Below are positions 27,391 to 38,985 of a stretch of DNA of 64,000 nucleotides, piece after piece. This DNA is from Kiritimatiellia bacterium (GTDB taxonomy: Bacteria; Verrucomicrobiota; Kiritimatiellia; JAAZAB01), in contig JAXGPF010000011.1 in assembly GCA_040767085.1 (NCBI GenBank), forward strand, positions 1 to 64,000. The letters run 5' to 3'. The notes under the pieces were generated by a model that made no database searches, had not been told where the DNA came from, and worked only from the letters and a program-made list of their open reading frames with translations. The position numbers and the translations under genes are program-made. Numbering within the stretch: position 1 is the first letter of the stretch; every line of letters starts with the position of its first letter.

Positions 27391-30081
27391 ATGACCTTCA
27401 TGGACCATAACCACAAGGAAAGCGGGCGGCCAGCGCCTGACGATATCGAGCAGCGGGAATGGCTGGAATCTCTGGACTACGTCATTGCCCGGGGCGGTCC
27501 GGAGCGGGTGCGCGCTTTGCTGGAAATCCTCCAGGATCGCGCCCGTGCCGCCGGCGTCCGCCTGCCGCACGGCGCCAACACCCCGTATATCAATACGATT
27601 GCAGCTGAGGAACAGCCGCCGTATCCGGGAAATCGCGAAATCGAGCGGCGCATCAAGAGCATCGTTCGTTGGAACGCCATGGCAATGGTTGTCCGGGCCA
27701 ATCGGGCGGAGGCTGGAATCGGGGGTCATATATCCACGTTCGCCTCCGCCGCGACGCTCTACGAGGTCGGCTTCAACCATTTCTTCCGGGCCGGCGGAGA
27801 CGAAGGCGACGGCGATCACGTCTACTTTCAAGGGCATGCGTCGCCCGGGAACTATGCGCGGGCCTTTCTCGAGGGCCGCATTTCGGCGGAGGAACTCAAG
27901 AACTTCCGTCATGAATGCCACAACGGCCCGGGCCTGCCGTCATACCCGCACCCCTGGCTGAAACCCGGCTTCTGGCAGTTCCCCACCGTGTCGATGGGCC
28001 TGGGACCGATCCAGGCCATTTACCACGCTCGGTTCGAGCGCTACCTGACGGACCGCCGGCTGCATGACACGTCCGCGCACCGGGTCTGGTGTTTTGTGGG
28101 GGACGGCGAAACCGATGAGCCGGAAACGCTGGGCGCCATCAGCCTGGCGGGGCGAGAGAAGCTCGACAACCTGATTTTCGTGGTCAACTGCAATCTACAG
28201 CGGCTCGATGGCCCGGTCCGCGGCAACGGGAATATCATCCAGGAACTGGAAACGGTGTTCCGCGGCGCCGCCTGGAATGTCATCAAGGTCATCTGGGGCT
28301 CTGACATGGATCCGCTCCTGGCCAGGGACAAGGACGGCATCCTGGTCCGGACGCTCGGCGAAATCGTCGACGGCGAACACCAGAACTACACGGTGAAAGG
28401 CGGCGCCTATGTGCGCGCGCATCTCTTCGGACGGGACCCGCGGCTCCTGAAGATGGTCGAACACATCTCCGACGAAGAACTGGGCCGGTTGAGCCTGGGC
28501 GGCCACGATCCAGCGAAAGTCTACACGGCCTATAAAGCCGCGGTGGAGCACCGAGGATCGCCCACGGTCATCCTCGCCCGGACGATCAAGGGATACGGAC
28601 TCGGCGAGGCGGGCGAGGGCCGCAATATCTCCCACCAACAAAAGAAGCTCAACGAGCAGGAACTCCGGGAATTCCGGTCGCGGTTTGCCGTTCCCGTATC
28701 CGACGCGGATATTGACGGCGTTCCTTTCTATCGCCCGCCGGACGACAGCCCGGAAATGCGGTATCTGCACGCAAGCCGCAAGGCTTTGGGGGGTTATCTG
28801 CCGCAGCGGCGGCTTCAATGCGCGCCCTTAAGCCCTCCGGCCGATACGGTCTTCGCGGAGTTCCAGGAGGGCAGCGGTGAGCGCGAAGTGGCCACGACCA
28901 TGGCGTTCGTCCGCATGCTTTCCAGGCTCTTGAAAGACGAGCAGATCGGCCGCTTGATCGTGCCGATCATCCCCGACGAGGCGCGGACGTTCGGGATGGA
29001 TGCCTTGTTCCGGCAGGTTGGCATTTATTCGCATGTTGGGCAGCTTTACGAGCCCGTCGACAAAGAGAATCTCCTCTACTACAGGGAAGCTCAAGACGGC
29101 CAGATTCTGGAAGAAGGCATCACGGAAGCCGGCGCGCTCGCTTCTTTTCTCGCCGCGGGGACTTCTTATTCCACGCATAACATCAACATGATTCCGATCT
29201 TCATGTTCTATTCCATGTTCGGCTTTCAGCGGATAGGCGACCTGATCTGGGCCGCCGGCGATATCCGCGCCCGGGGCTTCCTCGTCGGCGGCACCGCGGG
29301 CCGTACCACGCTGGCCGGGGAGGGACTGCAGCATTGCGACGGCAACAGCCATGTGCTCGCCTATCCGCACCCGAGCTTGAAGGCGTACGACCCGGCTTAC
29401 GCCTACGAAATCGCGGCCATCGTCCAGGAAGGCATCCGCCGCATGTTCCACGACCAGGTTGACGAGCTGGTCTATTTTACCATCATGAATGAGGCTTACC
29501 GGCAACCCGCCATGCCGGCCGGGGCGCAGGAAGGAATCCTTAAGGGCATTTACAGGCTCAAACCAGCCCTGCGGGCCGAGACGCAACCGCGCGTGCACCT
29601 CTTCGGCAGCGGAGCGATCCTGAACGAGGCAATCAAGGCCCAGGCGATCCTGGACGAGCAGTTCGGCACGGCGGCCGACGTATGGAGCGTCACGAGCTAC
29701 AAGGAGCTCTATCGCGATGCGCTTCAGGTCGAACGCTGGAACCGGCTGCACCCCGCGGAAACGCCCGGCGTGCCCTATCTGAAACGGGCGCTGCAAGATG
29801 CGGCGGGCCTGTTCGTTGCCGCCACCGACTACCTGAAGGTCCTGCCCGAGTCGATTGCCGCCTGGCTCCCAGGTCGCTTGATCGCGCTCGGGACCGACGG
29901 TTTTGGAAGGAGCGACGGGCGCGCGCACTTGCGGGCATTCTTCGAGGTGGATGCCAGGCATATTGCCTTGGCGGCGCTGCATGGGCTGGCCCTGAATGGC
30001 GAGGCCGGCAAGGAGCAGGTCACAAGTGCCATCAAGAAACTCGGGATCAATCCGGAGAAGGCGGATCCGAGTAAGGCATAG
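27391..30081 (+). CDS. aceE: Pyruvate dehydrogenase E1, homodimeric type
   Basis: WNAMAMV, GGHISTFAS, QGHASPG, PTVSMGLGP, GDGETDEPE (TPP motif), NLQRLDGPVRGNG, GTDGFGRSD. Confidence 0.96.
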   Translation: MTFMDHNHKESGRPAPDDIEQREWLESLDYVIARGGPERVRALLEILQDRARAAGVRLPHGANTPYINTIAAEEQPPYPGNREIERRIKSIVRWNAMAMVVRANRAEAGIGGHISTFASAATLYEVGFNHFFRAGGDEGDGDHVYFQGHASPGNYARAFLEGRISAEELKNFRHECHNGPGLPSYPHPWLKPGFWQFPTVSMGLGPIQAIYHARFERYLTDRRLHDTSAHRVWCFVGDGETDEPETLGAISLAGREKLDNLIFVVNCNLQRLDGPVRGNGNIIQELETVFRGAAWNVIKVIWGSDMDPLLARDKDGILVRTLGEIVDGEHQNYTVKGGAYVRAHLFGRDPRLLKMVEHISDEELGRLSLGGHDPAKVYTAYKAAVEHRGSPTVILARTIKGYGLGEAGEGRNISHQQKKLNEQELREFRSRFAVPVSDADIDGVPFYRPPDDSPEMRYLHASRKALGGYLPQRRLQCAPLSPPADTVFAEFQEGSGEREVATTMAFVRMLSRLLKDEQIGRLIVPIIPDEARTFGMDALFRQVGIYSHVGQLYEPVDKENLLYYREAQDGQILEEGITEAGALASFLAAGTSYSTHNINMIPIFMFYSMFGFQRIGDLIWAAGDIRARGFLVGGTAGRTTLAGEGLQHCDGNSHVLAYPHPSLKAYDPAYAYEIAAIVQEGIRRMFHDQVDELVYFTIMNEAYRQPAMPAGAQEGILKGIYRLKPALRAETQPRVHLFGSGAILNEAIKAQAILDEQFGTAADVWSVTSYKELYRDALQVERWNRLHPAETPGVPYLKRALQDAAGLFVAATDYLKVLPESIAAWLPGRLIALGTDGFGRSDGRAHLRAFFEVDARHIALAALHGLALNGEAGKEQVTSAIKKLGINPEKADPSKA

Positions 30082-30107
30082 CATCGCTCTCGGTCATTGG
30101 AGGAACC

Positions 30108-31475
30108 ATGTCACAGGAATTCACAGTCCCGGAGCTCGGCGAGAACGTGGAATCCGCCACGGTGGCCAAGGTGCTGATATCCAGGGGCGGCACGGTCAAG
30201 CGGGAACAGGCCGTTATGGAACTCGAAACCGACAAGGCCGTTTTGGAGCTGCCGGCCGATTTGGACGGCACGGTGGACGAGATTCTGGTTAAGGAAGGCG
30301 ACGAAGTGAAGATAGGACAGACGCTTTTCACCTTGCGCGCAGACGCCGGCTCGGCGCCCGCGCTGGATACCCCGGTTGCCGACGGCGGAAAGAAATCCGG
30401 AGGACGGGAGCAAGCTGAGCCGATAAAGGAAGGTGTGGGAGCAACAGCGGATCGAATGGCCGAACAGACCGGCGGGGACCGTACGCCAGAGACGAAACAA
30501 ACGGGCGCAGAGCCCGCGGTCGCAGCGGTGGCGGCGGGCCACGAAGCCAAGGCCGCGCAATGCGTTGAACCGATCCCGGCGGCTCCTTCCGTCCGCCGGT
30601 TCGCCCGTGAGGCGGGCGTTGATATCCGCGGCGTGGCAGGCACCGGGCCGGACGGCAGGATCACCATCGAAGACGTCAAGACCCACACCCGGCGGCCGGC
30701 CGCGGAAGGACGAATGGCCGGCGCGGCCGGGCGAAGCTTCCCGAAAAGACATCTTCCCGATTTCTCGCAATGGGGCGCGACGGAACGGGAACCGATGACC
30801 AAGGTCAGGCGGCTGACCGCGGAACGGATATCCCACTCGTGGTCCGTCATCCCGCACGTCACTCAGTTCGGCAAAGCCGACGTCACCGAGATGGAGCGGC
30901 TCCGCCAGCATTACAAAAGCGACGCGGAAAGGGCCGGCGGATGCCTTTCGCTGATGGCCATCCTGATCAAGGCCGTGGCCGGCGCGCTGAAGGTATTCCC
31001 GCGGTTCAATGCCAGCGTGGATACGGAACGAAATGAGCTTGTGATACGGAAGTACTGCAACATCGGGATTGCCATGGATACGGCCCGCGGACTGGTCGTT
31101 CCCGTGATGCGCGACGTGGAAAGGAAAAACGTAATCGAGTTATCGGTCGATCTGCGCCGGATCACCGACAAGGCCCGCGCCGGCAAGCTGGACGTGGCGG
31201 ATATGCGCGGCGGTTGTTTCACGATCTCCAACGCCGGCGCCCTGGGCGGCGACCTGTTCACACCGATCGTCAACTGGCCGGAGGTGGCGATTCTCGGGAT
31301 GGCCCGGGCGCGGACCGCGGCCGTCCAGCGGGATGGGGCTTTTGTGCCCCGGCTGCTGCTGCCCTTGTGCTTGTCCTATGATCACCGCGTCCTTGACGGA
31401 GCAGACGGCGTGCGCTTCATGCGCTGGCTCATCGAAGTCCTCGAGGATCCGGTAAAATTGTTGTGGCAGGGATAG
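30108..31475 (+). CDS. aceF: Dihydrolipoamide acetyltransferase E2 (single lipoyl domain)
   Basis: ETDKA lipoyl-Lys; AAPSVRRFARE..G.GPDGRI E3-binding domain; DHRVLDG catalytic motif. Confidence 0.93.
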   Translation: MSQEFTVPELGENVESATVAKVLISRGGTVKREQAVMELETDKAVLELPADLDGTVDEILVKEGDEVKIGQTLFTLRADAGSAPALDTPVADGGKKSGGREQAEPIKEGVGATADRMAEQTGGDRTPETKQTGAEPAVAAVAAGHEAKAAQCVEPIPAAPSVRRFAREAGVDIRGVAGTGPDGRITIEDVKTHTRRPAAEGRMAGAAGRSFPKRHLPDFSQWGATEREPMTKVRRLTAERISHSWSVIPHVTQFGKADVTEMERLRQHYKSDAERAGGCLSLMAILIKAVAGALKVFPRFNASVDTERNELVIRKYCNIGIAMDTARGLVVPVMRDVERKNVIELSVDLRRITDKARAGKLDVADMRGGCFTISNAGALGGDLFTPIVNWPEVAILGMARARTAAVQRDGAFVPRLLLPLCLSYDHRVLDGADGVRFMRWLIEVLEDPVKLLWQG

Positions 31476-31519
31476 CTCCGCTTTGCGCAGATGCGTTGTA
31501 AAACCGGTTGGGAGGCCTT

Positions 31520-32926
31520 ATGGACGGCAACGGAAAAGTGGACTTGGTCGTGATCGGCGCGGGGCCAGGAGGCTACCCGGCGGCGTTCCGCGCGGCGGAC
31601 CTGGGGATGAAAGTCGCCCTGATCGATCCCCGCGCCAATCCGGGCGGCGTGTGTCTGTACTGCGGCTGTGTGCCGTCCAAGGCGCTCTTGCACGTGGCGG
31701 GATTCCTTCACGAAGCCGAACTGGCGCCACAATGGGGAATATCCTTTGGCGCTCTTCAGATCGACGTCGGGCAGCTTTGCCGTTGGAAACGATCCGTCGT
31801 CGAAAATCTGACCAAGGGACTTGGGCAACTCACCAGGCAGCGAGGCATTGAATACATTCGGGGCAAGGCGCGCCTGGAAAATGCCCACCGGGCCGCGGTT
31901 ACGCCAATCGCGGGAGCAGCAAGGACCATCGACTTCGAATACGCCATCGTGGCCACCGGCTCGGCGCCCGCAACGCTCCCGGGCACTCCGCCATCGGCGC
32001 GCATCATGAACTCGCAACAGGCCCTCGAGCCCCAGGCCGTCCCCGGGCGGCTGCTCGTGGTGGGCGGGGGCTACATCGGTTTGGAGCTGGGACAAGTTTA
32101 TGCGGCGCTCGGATCGAAAGTGACCGTGGTGGAGATGATGCCCGAAGTCCTGCCGGGCGCGGATCGCGACTTGATGCAATTCCTGTCCAAGCGCCTCAAC
32201 AACCAATTCGAGAGCATCAAGACCAATACGCGGGTTGTGCAAATGGAACAAACGGACGGCGGAATGCGCGTAGTGCTGGACGGCGAACACGGCGGCAAGC
32301 ACCTTTTTGACAAGGTCATGGTCTCCGTGGGCCGTAAACCGTTCAGCCAGGATGTTGGGCTGGAGCATACCCGCGTAAGCGTGACGGCGCAGGGATTCAT
32401 CGAGGTGGACGGGCAGCGCCGTACAAATGAGCCGTCAATCTTCGCGGTGGGCGATGTAGCTGGCAAACCCATGCTGGCGCACAAGGCCACGCATGAAGGC
32501 GTGGTTGCCGCTGAAGCTGCCGCGGGGAAAAAGACGGCATTTGAACCACGGGCCATTCCCTTCGTCGTGTTTTCCGATCCGGAGATCGCCTGGTGCGGGC
32601 TATCGGAGACGGAGGCCCGGAAGCGGTCAAGCAAAGTGAAAATCACGACCTTCCCCTGGGCCGCTTCCGGCCGCGCCGCGACGATTTCCCGTCCGGACGG
32701 CGTTACTAAACTGCTGTGCGATCCCGAGAACGGCCGCATCCTGGGCGTCGGCATCGCGGGCCCCGGCGCCGGTGAACTGCTGGCTGAAGCCGTTTTGGCC
32801 GTGGAAATGGGAGCAACGGCCGCCGATTTGGCGTTAACAATTCACACCCACCCAACGTTGTCTGAAACCTTGATGGAAACAGCCCAGATGTTCTCGGGCT
32901 GCAGCACGCATTTTATACGGAAGTAA
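31520..32926 (+). CDS. lpdA: Dihydrolipoamide dehydrogenase E3
   Basis: [20 protein letters not shown] redox Cxxxx[17 protein letters not shown]. Confidence 0.95.
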   Translation: MDGNGKVDLVVIGAGPGGYPAAFRAADLGMKVALIDPRANPGGVCLYCGCVPSKALLHVAGFLHEAELAPQWGISFGALQIDVGQLCRWKRSVVENLTKGLGQLTRQRGIEYIRGKARLENAHRAAVTPIAGAARTIDFEYAIVATGSAPATLPGTPPSARIMNSQQALEPQAVPGRLLVVGGGYIGLELGQVYAALGSKVTVVEMMPEVLPGADRDLMQFLSKRLNNQFESIKTNTRVVQMEQTDGGMRVVLDGEHGGKHLFDKVMVSVGRKPFSQDVGLEHTRVSVTAQGFIEVDGQRRTNEPSIFAVGDVAGKPMLAHKATHEGVVAAEAAAGKKTAFEPRAIPFVVFSDPEIAWCGLSETEARKRSSKVKITTFPWAASGRAATISRPDGVTKLLCDPENGRILGVGIAGPGAGELLAEAVLAVEMGATAADLALTIHTHPTLSETLMETAQMFSGCSTHFIRK

Positions 32927-32939
32927 AGATCATGGTCCG

Positions 32940-35243
32940 ATGGGTTCGGGATTTGGGAAGGGATTGGTTGTCATGTGCGCAAAAGAATGGACATCCTCTG
33001 CATTTGAGCAAACCGCCGGGAACCCGTCCCGGGGGGAGCCAACGACTTTCATTCCGGCGGATTCGGGCAACACTTCGAATTCGACCGCAAGCCTTCCGCC
33101 GAATCGCCTGATTCACGAAAAGAGCCCCTATCTTCAGCAGCATGCGCACAATCCCGTGGACTGGTATCCCTGGGGCGAAGAAGCTTTCGCAAAGGCGCGG
33201 AAGGAGGGAAAACCTATCTTTCTCTCGGTCGGGTACTCAACCTGCCATTGGTGCCACGTCATGGAACGGCAGTCGTTCGAAAATGCGGAGACCGCGGCGA
33301 TCCTTAACCGGCATTTCGTGTCCATCAAGGTGGATCGGGAGGAACGGCCGGACATCGACAAGGTCTATATGACCTACGTTCAGGCCGCAACCGGCCAGGG
33401 CGGCTGGCCCATGAGTGTATGGTTGACGCCCGATTTGAAACCATTCCTGGGCGGCACCTATTATCCGCCCGAAAGCCGCTGGGGGCGGCCGGGATTCAAG
33501 GACATGCTGCTCCGTGTCGCCGAAGCGTGGCAACACGACCGGGATCGCCTCATCGCCGCCGCCGGCGAGGCGGTTGGACAGCTTCGCCAGGCGGCCGCCG
33601 CGGCGCCAGCCGCCGCGGCCGGCTTGAATGCCGCGCTGCTGGACCGGACATATGCAGCGCTGAAGGCATCCTACGATCCGCAATACGGAGGGTTCGGCGG
33701 CGTTCCGAAATTCCCCAGGCCGGCAGCGCCGGCTTTCATGCTGCGTTACTACGCGCGCAGCCTCCGCTCCGCCTCGACGGGGCCGGCGCGCAAAACAGCG
33801 CAAGACGCGCTCGACCTGACCTTGTTCACGCTCCGCAAGATGGCCGATGGCGGCATGCACGATCATGTCGGCGGCGGCTTTCACCGCTATTCCGTGGATG
33901 AGCGCTGGCACCTGCCGCATTTCGAGAAGATGCTCTACGATCAGGGTCAACTTGCGTGCGTCTACCTGGACGCATGGCAGATCACCCACGACGACTTCTT
34001 CGCGGATGTCGCCGGGGACATCCTGGACTATGTGCGGCGCGACATGACCGATCCCCAGGGCGGATTCTATTCGGCGGAAGATGCCGACAGCCCGCTGCCG
34101 GCGAATCCCCGGGAGCGCGCCGAAGGCGCGTTCTATGTGTGGACCGCGCGCGCGATCGCCGAGGTTCTTGGCGGAAAGGCGAATGCGGCCTTCAACTTTT
34201 ACTACGGCGTCGATGACTCCGGGAATGTTGCCACCGATCCTCTCGGGGAACTGCGCGGCCAGAATATCCTGATCGTATCGCACTCCGTCGAAGAAACCGC
34301 CGCGCTCTTCGGGATGACGCCTGACGGCGTCCGCCGCGCACTGGCCGACGCGCGCGCCAAGTTATTCGCGGCCCGGGAAAAGCGCCCGCGACCGCATCTG
34401 GACGATAAAATCATTGCCGCCTGGAACGGCCTGATGATCTCCGCCTTCGCCCGGGCGTACCAGGTGATGCGCGACAAGCGGAACCTGGCGGCAGCCGAAG
34501 CCGCGGCGCAATTCATTCGCCGGCGCCTATACCGGGAAGAGGATGGCATCCTGCTGCGGCGCTACCGGGATGGCGACGCCGCCATCGAAGGATACGCGGA
34601 CGATTACGCCTTCCTGGCACAGGGCCTCCTCGACCTTTATGAGGCTTCCTTCAAGGTGGAGTTCCTGACGTGGGCGCTGGCGCTCCAGCAGAAGCAGGAT
34701 GAATTGTTCTGGGATAACGGCGCCGGAGGCTACTTCAACACCTCGGGCAAAGACGCGACAATTTTCCTGCGCATGAAGGAAAGCTATGACGGCGCGGAGC
34801 CTTCGCCGAATTCCGTGGCCGTCCTCAACCTTTTACGGATGTCCTGGATGACGGATGACGACGGGCTCCGCGACAAGGCGGAACGGACGCTGTCGGCATG
34901 CGGCGGCGCGCTGCAAGATGTGCCGCACGCCATGCCCCAGATGATGGCCGGTTTCGGCTTCTTCCTGGATCAGCCCATGCAGGTCGTCATTGCCGGCAAG
35001 CCCCGCGCCCAGGACACGATCGCGATGCTCCGCGAGGTCCATGCGCGTTTCATGCCCAACAAGATCGTCATGCTTGCCGACGGCGGCAAGGGCCAGCAAG
35101 CGCTGGCGGAACATCTTGAATTCATCAAGAACTTCTGCATGCGCGACGGCAAAGCCACCGCTTATGTCTGCGAAAACTATGTCTGCCGAAGTCCGACGAC
35201 TGACGTCACAACGCTGGCGCGGATCATCAGGGAGGGCCATTAG
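32940..35243 (+). CDS. Thioredoxin-domain + (alpha/alpha)6 protein, YyaL/SPATA20 (DUF255) family; start uncertain
   Basis: [56 protein letters not shown]. Confidence 0.92.
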   Translation: MGSGFGKGLVVMCAKEWTSSAFEQTAGNPSRGEPTTFIPADSGNTSNSTASLPPNRLIHEKSPYLQQHAHNPVDWYPWGEEAFAKARKEGKPIFLSVGYSTCHWCHVMERQSFENAETAAILNRHFVSIKVDREERPDIDKVYMTYVQAATGQGGWPMSVWLTPDLKPFLGGTYYPPESRWGRPGFKDMLLRVAEAWQHDRDRLIAAAGEAVGQLRQAAAAAPAAAAGLNAALLDRTYAALKASYDPQYGGFGGVPKFPRPAAPAFMLRYYARSLRSASTGPARKTAQDALDLTLFTLRKMADGGMHDHVGGGFHRYSVDERWHLPHFEKMLYDQGQLACVYLDAWQITHDDFFADVAGDILDYVRRDMTDPQGGFYSAEDADSPLPANPRERAEGAFYVWTARAIAEVLGGKANAAFNFYYGVDDSGNVATDPLGELRGQNILIVSHSVEETAALFGMTPDGVRRALADARAKLFAAREKRPRPHLDDKIIAAWNGLMISAFARAYQVMRDKRNLAAAEAAAQFIRRRLYREEDGILLRRYRDGDAAIEGYADDYAFLAQGLLDLYEASFKVEFLTWALALQQKQDELFWDNGAGGYFNTSGKDATIFLRMKESYDGAEPSPNSVAVLNLLRMSWMTDDDGLRDKAERTLSACGGALQDVPHAMPQMMAGFGFFLDQPMQVVIAGKPRAQDTIAMLREVHARFMPNKIVMLADGGKGQQALAEHLEFIKNFCMRDGKATAYVCENYVCRSPTTDVTTLARIIREGH

Positions 35244-35338
35244 CCATTGCCCTTGGCGGGCCCGCCGGGCGGGCTGCAAGGAAGGGCATGCGTCATTGGC
35301 GCATGCGTTGGCAGGAGCGTCTGAAAAATACGGGGAGA

Positions 35339-35926
35339 ATGAAACACATGAAGTTCAACGGCATCAATCATCTGGCAATGGCGACGGGCGACATGGACAT
35401 GACGATCCGGTTCTGGCGTGATTTGCTCGGCATGCGCCTGGTGGCGGGGCTGGGCGAACCGGGTTACCGCCACTACTTCTTCGAGATATCCGACACCGAT
35501 CTGCTCGCGTTCTTCGAATGGCCCGGCGTCAAACCGGTGCGTAAGAAGGAACATGGCCAACCGGTCGAGGGACCGTTTGTGTTCGACCACATCTCCTTCG
35601 GCGTGGACACTGAAGACGATCTCTGGACGCTGAAAGATACGCTGGCCTCGGCCGGCTGCGAAGTGTCGGACATGATCGATCACGGATTCATCCATTCGAT
35701 CTACGCCCACGACCCGAACGGCATTCCGATCGAGTTCAGTTGGAGTGTCGCGGGCATCGACGTGCGCGCCCATCCGGTCATGGGCGATACCCAACCGACG
35801 CCCGCCGCCCGCGAAGGCTCGGATCCTCAGCCGGGCCGATGGCCCGGCGCAACCGCGTCCCTGCCAAAGTGCCAGCGTATCACGTATCAGGGCGCCGGGA
35901 CCGAGCTGTTTCACGGGAAAAAGTAA
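35339..35926 (+). CDS. VOC (glyoxalase-like) family protein
   Basis: GINHLAM..DMDMTIRFWRDLLG, FDHISF, SIYAHDPNGIPIEF. Confidence 0.9.
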   Translation: MKHMKFNGINHLAMATGDMDMTIRFWRDLLGMRLVAGLGEPGYRHYFFEISDTDLLAFFEWPGVKPVRKKEHGQPVEGPFVFDHISFGVDTEDDLWTLKDTLASAGCEVSDMIDHGFIHSIYAHDPNGIPIEFSWSVAGIDVRAHPVMGDTQPTPAAREGSDPQPGRWPGATASLPKCQRITYQGAGTELFHGKK

Positions 35927-36526
35927 GCGTCCGCCACCGCCGGCGTGAAAGTGTCCGATTGCGCCGGTTGCGAACCGCCGCAACCGAACCGTAGAAGATC
36001 GAATCCCGAACTCCCAAGTCGAAATCCACCCTCCGGTATTCCGGCCTTGCCTTCGACATTCTACGGTTCTTCAATCTGCGGTTCTGCGGTTCGCCGGAAA
36101 AAGGATGAAGCAAAGGTCATTTTTTAACCGGCGGAAGAAGCGTCATTTCAGACCGGCGTTGACACCTGGACGAGGGCGTGCCGGCTCCATGAGAGGCTGG
36201 TGTGGCGCCGATATCCTGTAAGATGCCCCTGCCCCGCCAAAATCCGCGTTGCTCCCGAACATGTCCAACCGGCCCTCCGGCTTGTCCTAACCGCCCGCGA
36301 CATGATCGCCATCTAAAAATGACCATACCTATAACAAAAACGACAAAAATGGCTCTGGCGGCAACCGGCGCCCTTTCTGTCTCCACGGTCAATCGTGTTA
36401 AATCTCACAGCCAATTGTGTCCCTCCCCCCCCTGATTCGGCACGATATAAACCTGTTACAGGTTTTTTAAATAAGACGGCCAGTCGCGCAATCATATTTT
36501 GGTTTATAGCTATTTTGTAAAATAAG

Positions 36527-36763
36527 CTGGACTACCTGTTTGAGCATCCGCTGACATCGGTAAAAATGGTGGAGCAGCACATTGACTGCTCCTACGTCAA
36601 GGCGAACAAACTTGTCCTGCAATTCGAGAAACTCGGCTTGCTCCAGGAGACTACCGGCTGGCGCCGCAACCGCCGATATCGTTTCAAGCCTTACATTGAC
36701 CTGTTCCACTCTGAGCCGCTTGGAGGCAAGGCATCCTGCTGCCACAAAGGGGTATGCCTTTGA
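36527..36763 (+). pseudogene. C-terminal fragment of a Fic-family protein
   Basis: LDYLFEHPLTSVKMVEQHIDCSYVKANKLV..FEKLGLLQETTGWRRNRRYRFKPYIDLF; no Fic catalytic domain upstream. Confidence 0.65.
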
Positions 36764-36859
36764 TTTCCCGGCGAACCCGATGACGACCTCCAGTTTCTAC
36801 GGTGGAATTTGGAGGTATGCGGCGATTGGCCGGAATTGTGCTCGGGAAATCATCGATTG

Positions 36860-37061
36860 GCGTCTTCGGTCAGGCCTTAACCTAAGCCTCTCCTGTGCTT
36901 TGACTAACGGTAGTTATTCGTCACGCTCCCGTGACATCACTTCCAATCTCTGCCGTTCCTTACTGCTCAACATTACGTCTTCCATGCCCCTCCCCCAAAA
37001 GGGGCATTATGAGGACATTTTAATCGAGTCCATAAGGGGACATTGTTAAAGAGTCACGACA
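36860..37061 (-). mobile_element. Truncated ISNCY/IS1202-like element: left end plus degraded transposase N-terminus
   Basis: Minus strand begins TGTCGTGACTC... with repeated AATGTCC motifs. ORF from 36985 reads MEDVMLSSKERQRLEVMSRERDE*LPLVKA with an internal stop. Confidence 0.55.
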
Positions 37062-37067
37062 CATCCC

Positions 37068-38647
37068 TTAACGCACCAAAAACATGGTCAGTTGTCGAAT
37101 ATATTCATAGGCGCCAATGTCAACCATGCCTTCGCGAATTCTAATCCGGGCGTCGAGATCGCTTGCGTTTTGCATCCAGTCCCGGTAGTCGCCGGCATTG
37201 ATACACTGCGAATTTTTGCTCAAACGCCAATTGCCTGCCTCCAGGTCGGCAAATTGCGGAGCTTCCGTTATATTGTTCGTCGAAAGCGCGATGGATCCCA
37301 CGCCGCTAAGCGCGGGCGCAAAGCAGCAATTCGAATAACTCCCATTGCCGCCTCCGGCGCCTACGTTGTAGTAGTTGCTGTGCATGCCACCTGTCGGCAC
37401 GCTGTTATAATAAATAATGCAGTTTGCAAGATAGGCGATGGTATAACCCAAATAGACTCCGCCGCCTTCCGCCCCGTTAATAAGCTGATTGCTCACAATC
37501 GTGCAGTTGTCCACCGTGCTGACATCCGGAAGCGCAAGTCCGCCGCCTGTATTAGTGGCGGTGTTCCCGACGACCAGGCAATTACACATGAGCGATCCCC
37601 CTGACAAATAGGCGCCGCCACCGCTATTCGCGCCATAATTATCCCGTATTTCGCTGTTCACTAACATGGCGCCAGCGCTTTCGCCTCGCATATAAACTCC
37701 GCCGCCGCTGGCTGAATCGGACAATCCGTTTACTTTATTGCCGATGATTTGGGAATTGGCGACAACGATGCCATACCGGGCATAAATTCCGCCCCCAAAA
37801 CTACTGCATTCATTGCTGCGCACCAAACAATTTGTAACCAGCCCGGCCGTATGCAGCCAAATTCCGCCGCCGCCTGTCGCCGCCAGATTATTGGAGATAA
37901 AACAGTCTTTTATTACCGGACTAGTGGTGGGCTGTCCGGCTACTCCACCGCCGCCGCCATTTACGGCTTCATTTTGATAAACATGACAGTGCTCGAGGAT
38001 CGTGTTGCTGTCGTTCATATAAACCCCGCCACCGCCACCGTATGCGCCGGAATAATTCGCGGTATTGTTCCTGATAATGCAATTTCTTACCGTCCCCTTG
38101 CTCGTATTATAAAAATAAATTCCGCCGCCTTGCGTGGCCGCGATATTATGCGCTACAACACAGTCCTCCACCAGGCAACCCGAGCGTCGCAGATATATCC
38201 CCCCCCGGCCCCTGCTGACACATTGCTGATAACGATACAATTGCGCAATGTGCCTCCATCCCAGATTTGAACACCGACCGCACCGTTAATAATCGTAAAC
38301 CCCTCAACCACGGCGCCGGTATGGCTTATATAAAACCCTTTAACACTCGCATTCCCGTTAATAATTGTGTTAGTCGGATCCACAATCCCATTATTCCAAC
38401 TCCGCACGGTTATCGGTTTTAACACATCAATTTGTGCCGACACCCCATATTTTCCGTTCGACACCAACACCAGGTCGTTCTCCGCGGTTGCCTTCGCCAC
38501 GCCGTTGCTGATCGTGAGCACCGCGTTGGTCCAATCCGTCTGGCCGGTCCGGGCATCATCCCCATCCGTGGCCACGTAAATCGTCTTCGCCCCCGCCATC
38601 AACACAGCCGCCAGCCAGATTACCGCGCTATACCGATATTTTTTCAC
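37068..38647 (-). pseudogene. Secreted beta-helix repeat protein split by a frameshift at a G8 tract (38199-38206)
   Basis: ORFs 38153-38692 (signal peptide, TIYVATDG) and 37068-38240 (GGG repeats, DIGAYEY) join into one protein paralogous to 5500-7230 if the tract is G9. GTG 38647 has RBS AAGGAGG. Confidence 0.8.
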
Positions 38648-38775
38648 AGTAGGCCTCCTTATCATTTCTGCCATTGCTTGAAAAGCCGACAATCATATCT
38701 TTGCGCTTTGCATCACGATCACCGGAACGAGGCAGCATACCAGAACATTTTAAATATTACATTATTTGTTCCATT

Positions 38776-38985
38776 TTATTTAATCTGTAGTTCAATGCAA
38801 TCCAAATCTTTACCTTCTTCCGATGCGCCTTTCAAAATGGCGGTTTGATTGCCGGCATGGTCAACGCCGCGGACGCGCAGATTGCGCACCCCGGCCTTTT
38901 TCTGGTCGCGCTCGCCCGTGCCCAGCATAAACGGTCCCGTATATTGTATATAGTGTTCGCCATCGATGGAATATTCAATTTGTTT
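38776..38985 (-). pseudogene. Detached 3' end of the GH2-like gene 40391-44125, cut off by ISL3
   Basis: KQIEYSIDGEHYIQYTGPF...VRGVDHAGNQT...DCIELQIK* matches the C-terminus of paralog 47509-51402 (KQVEIAI...YAGPF...TDNAGNQT...DCIQIQVH). Confidence 0.75.

Noticed and set aside
35972-36092. GAACCG.../...CGGTTC imperfect inverted repeats as an ncRNA
   Set aside because: Looks like generic intergenic repeat or terminator DNA; no specific RNA family features recognised.
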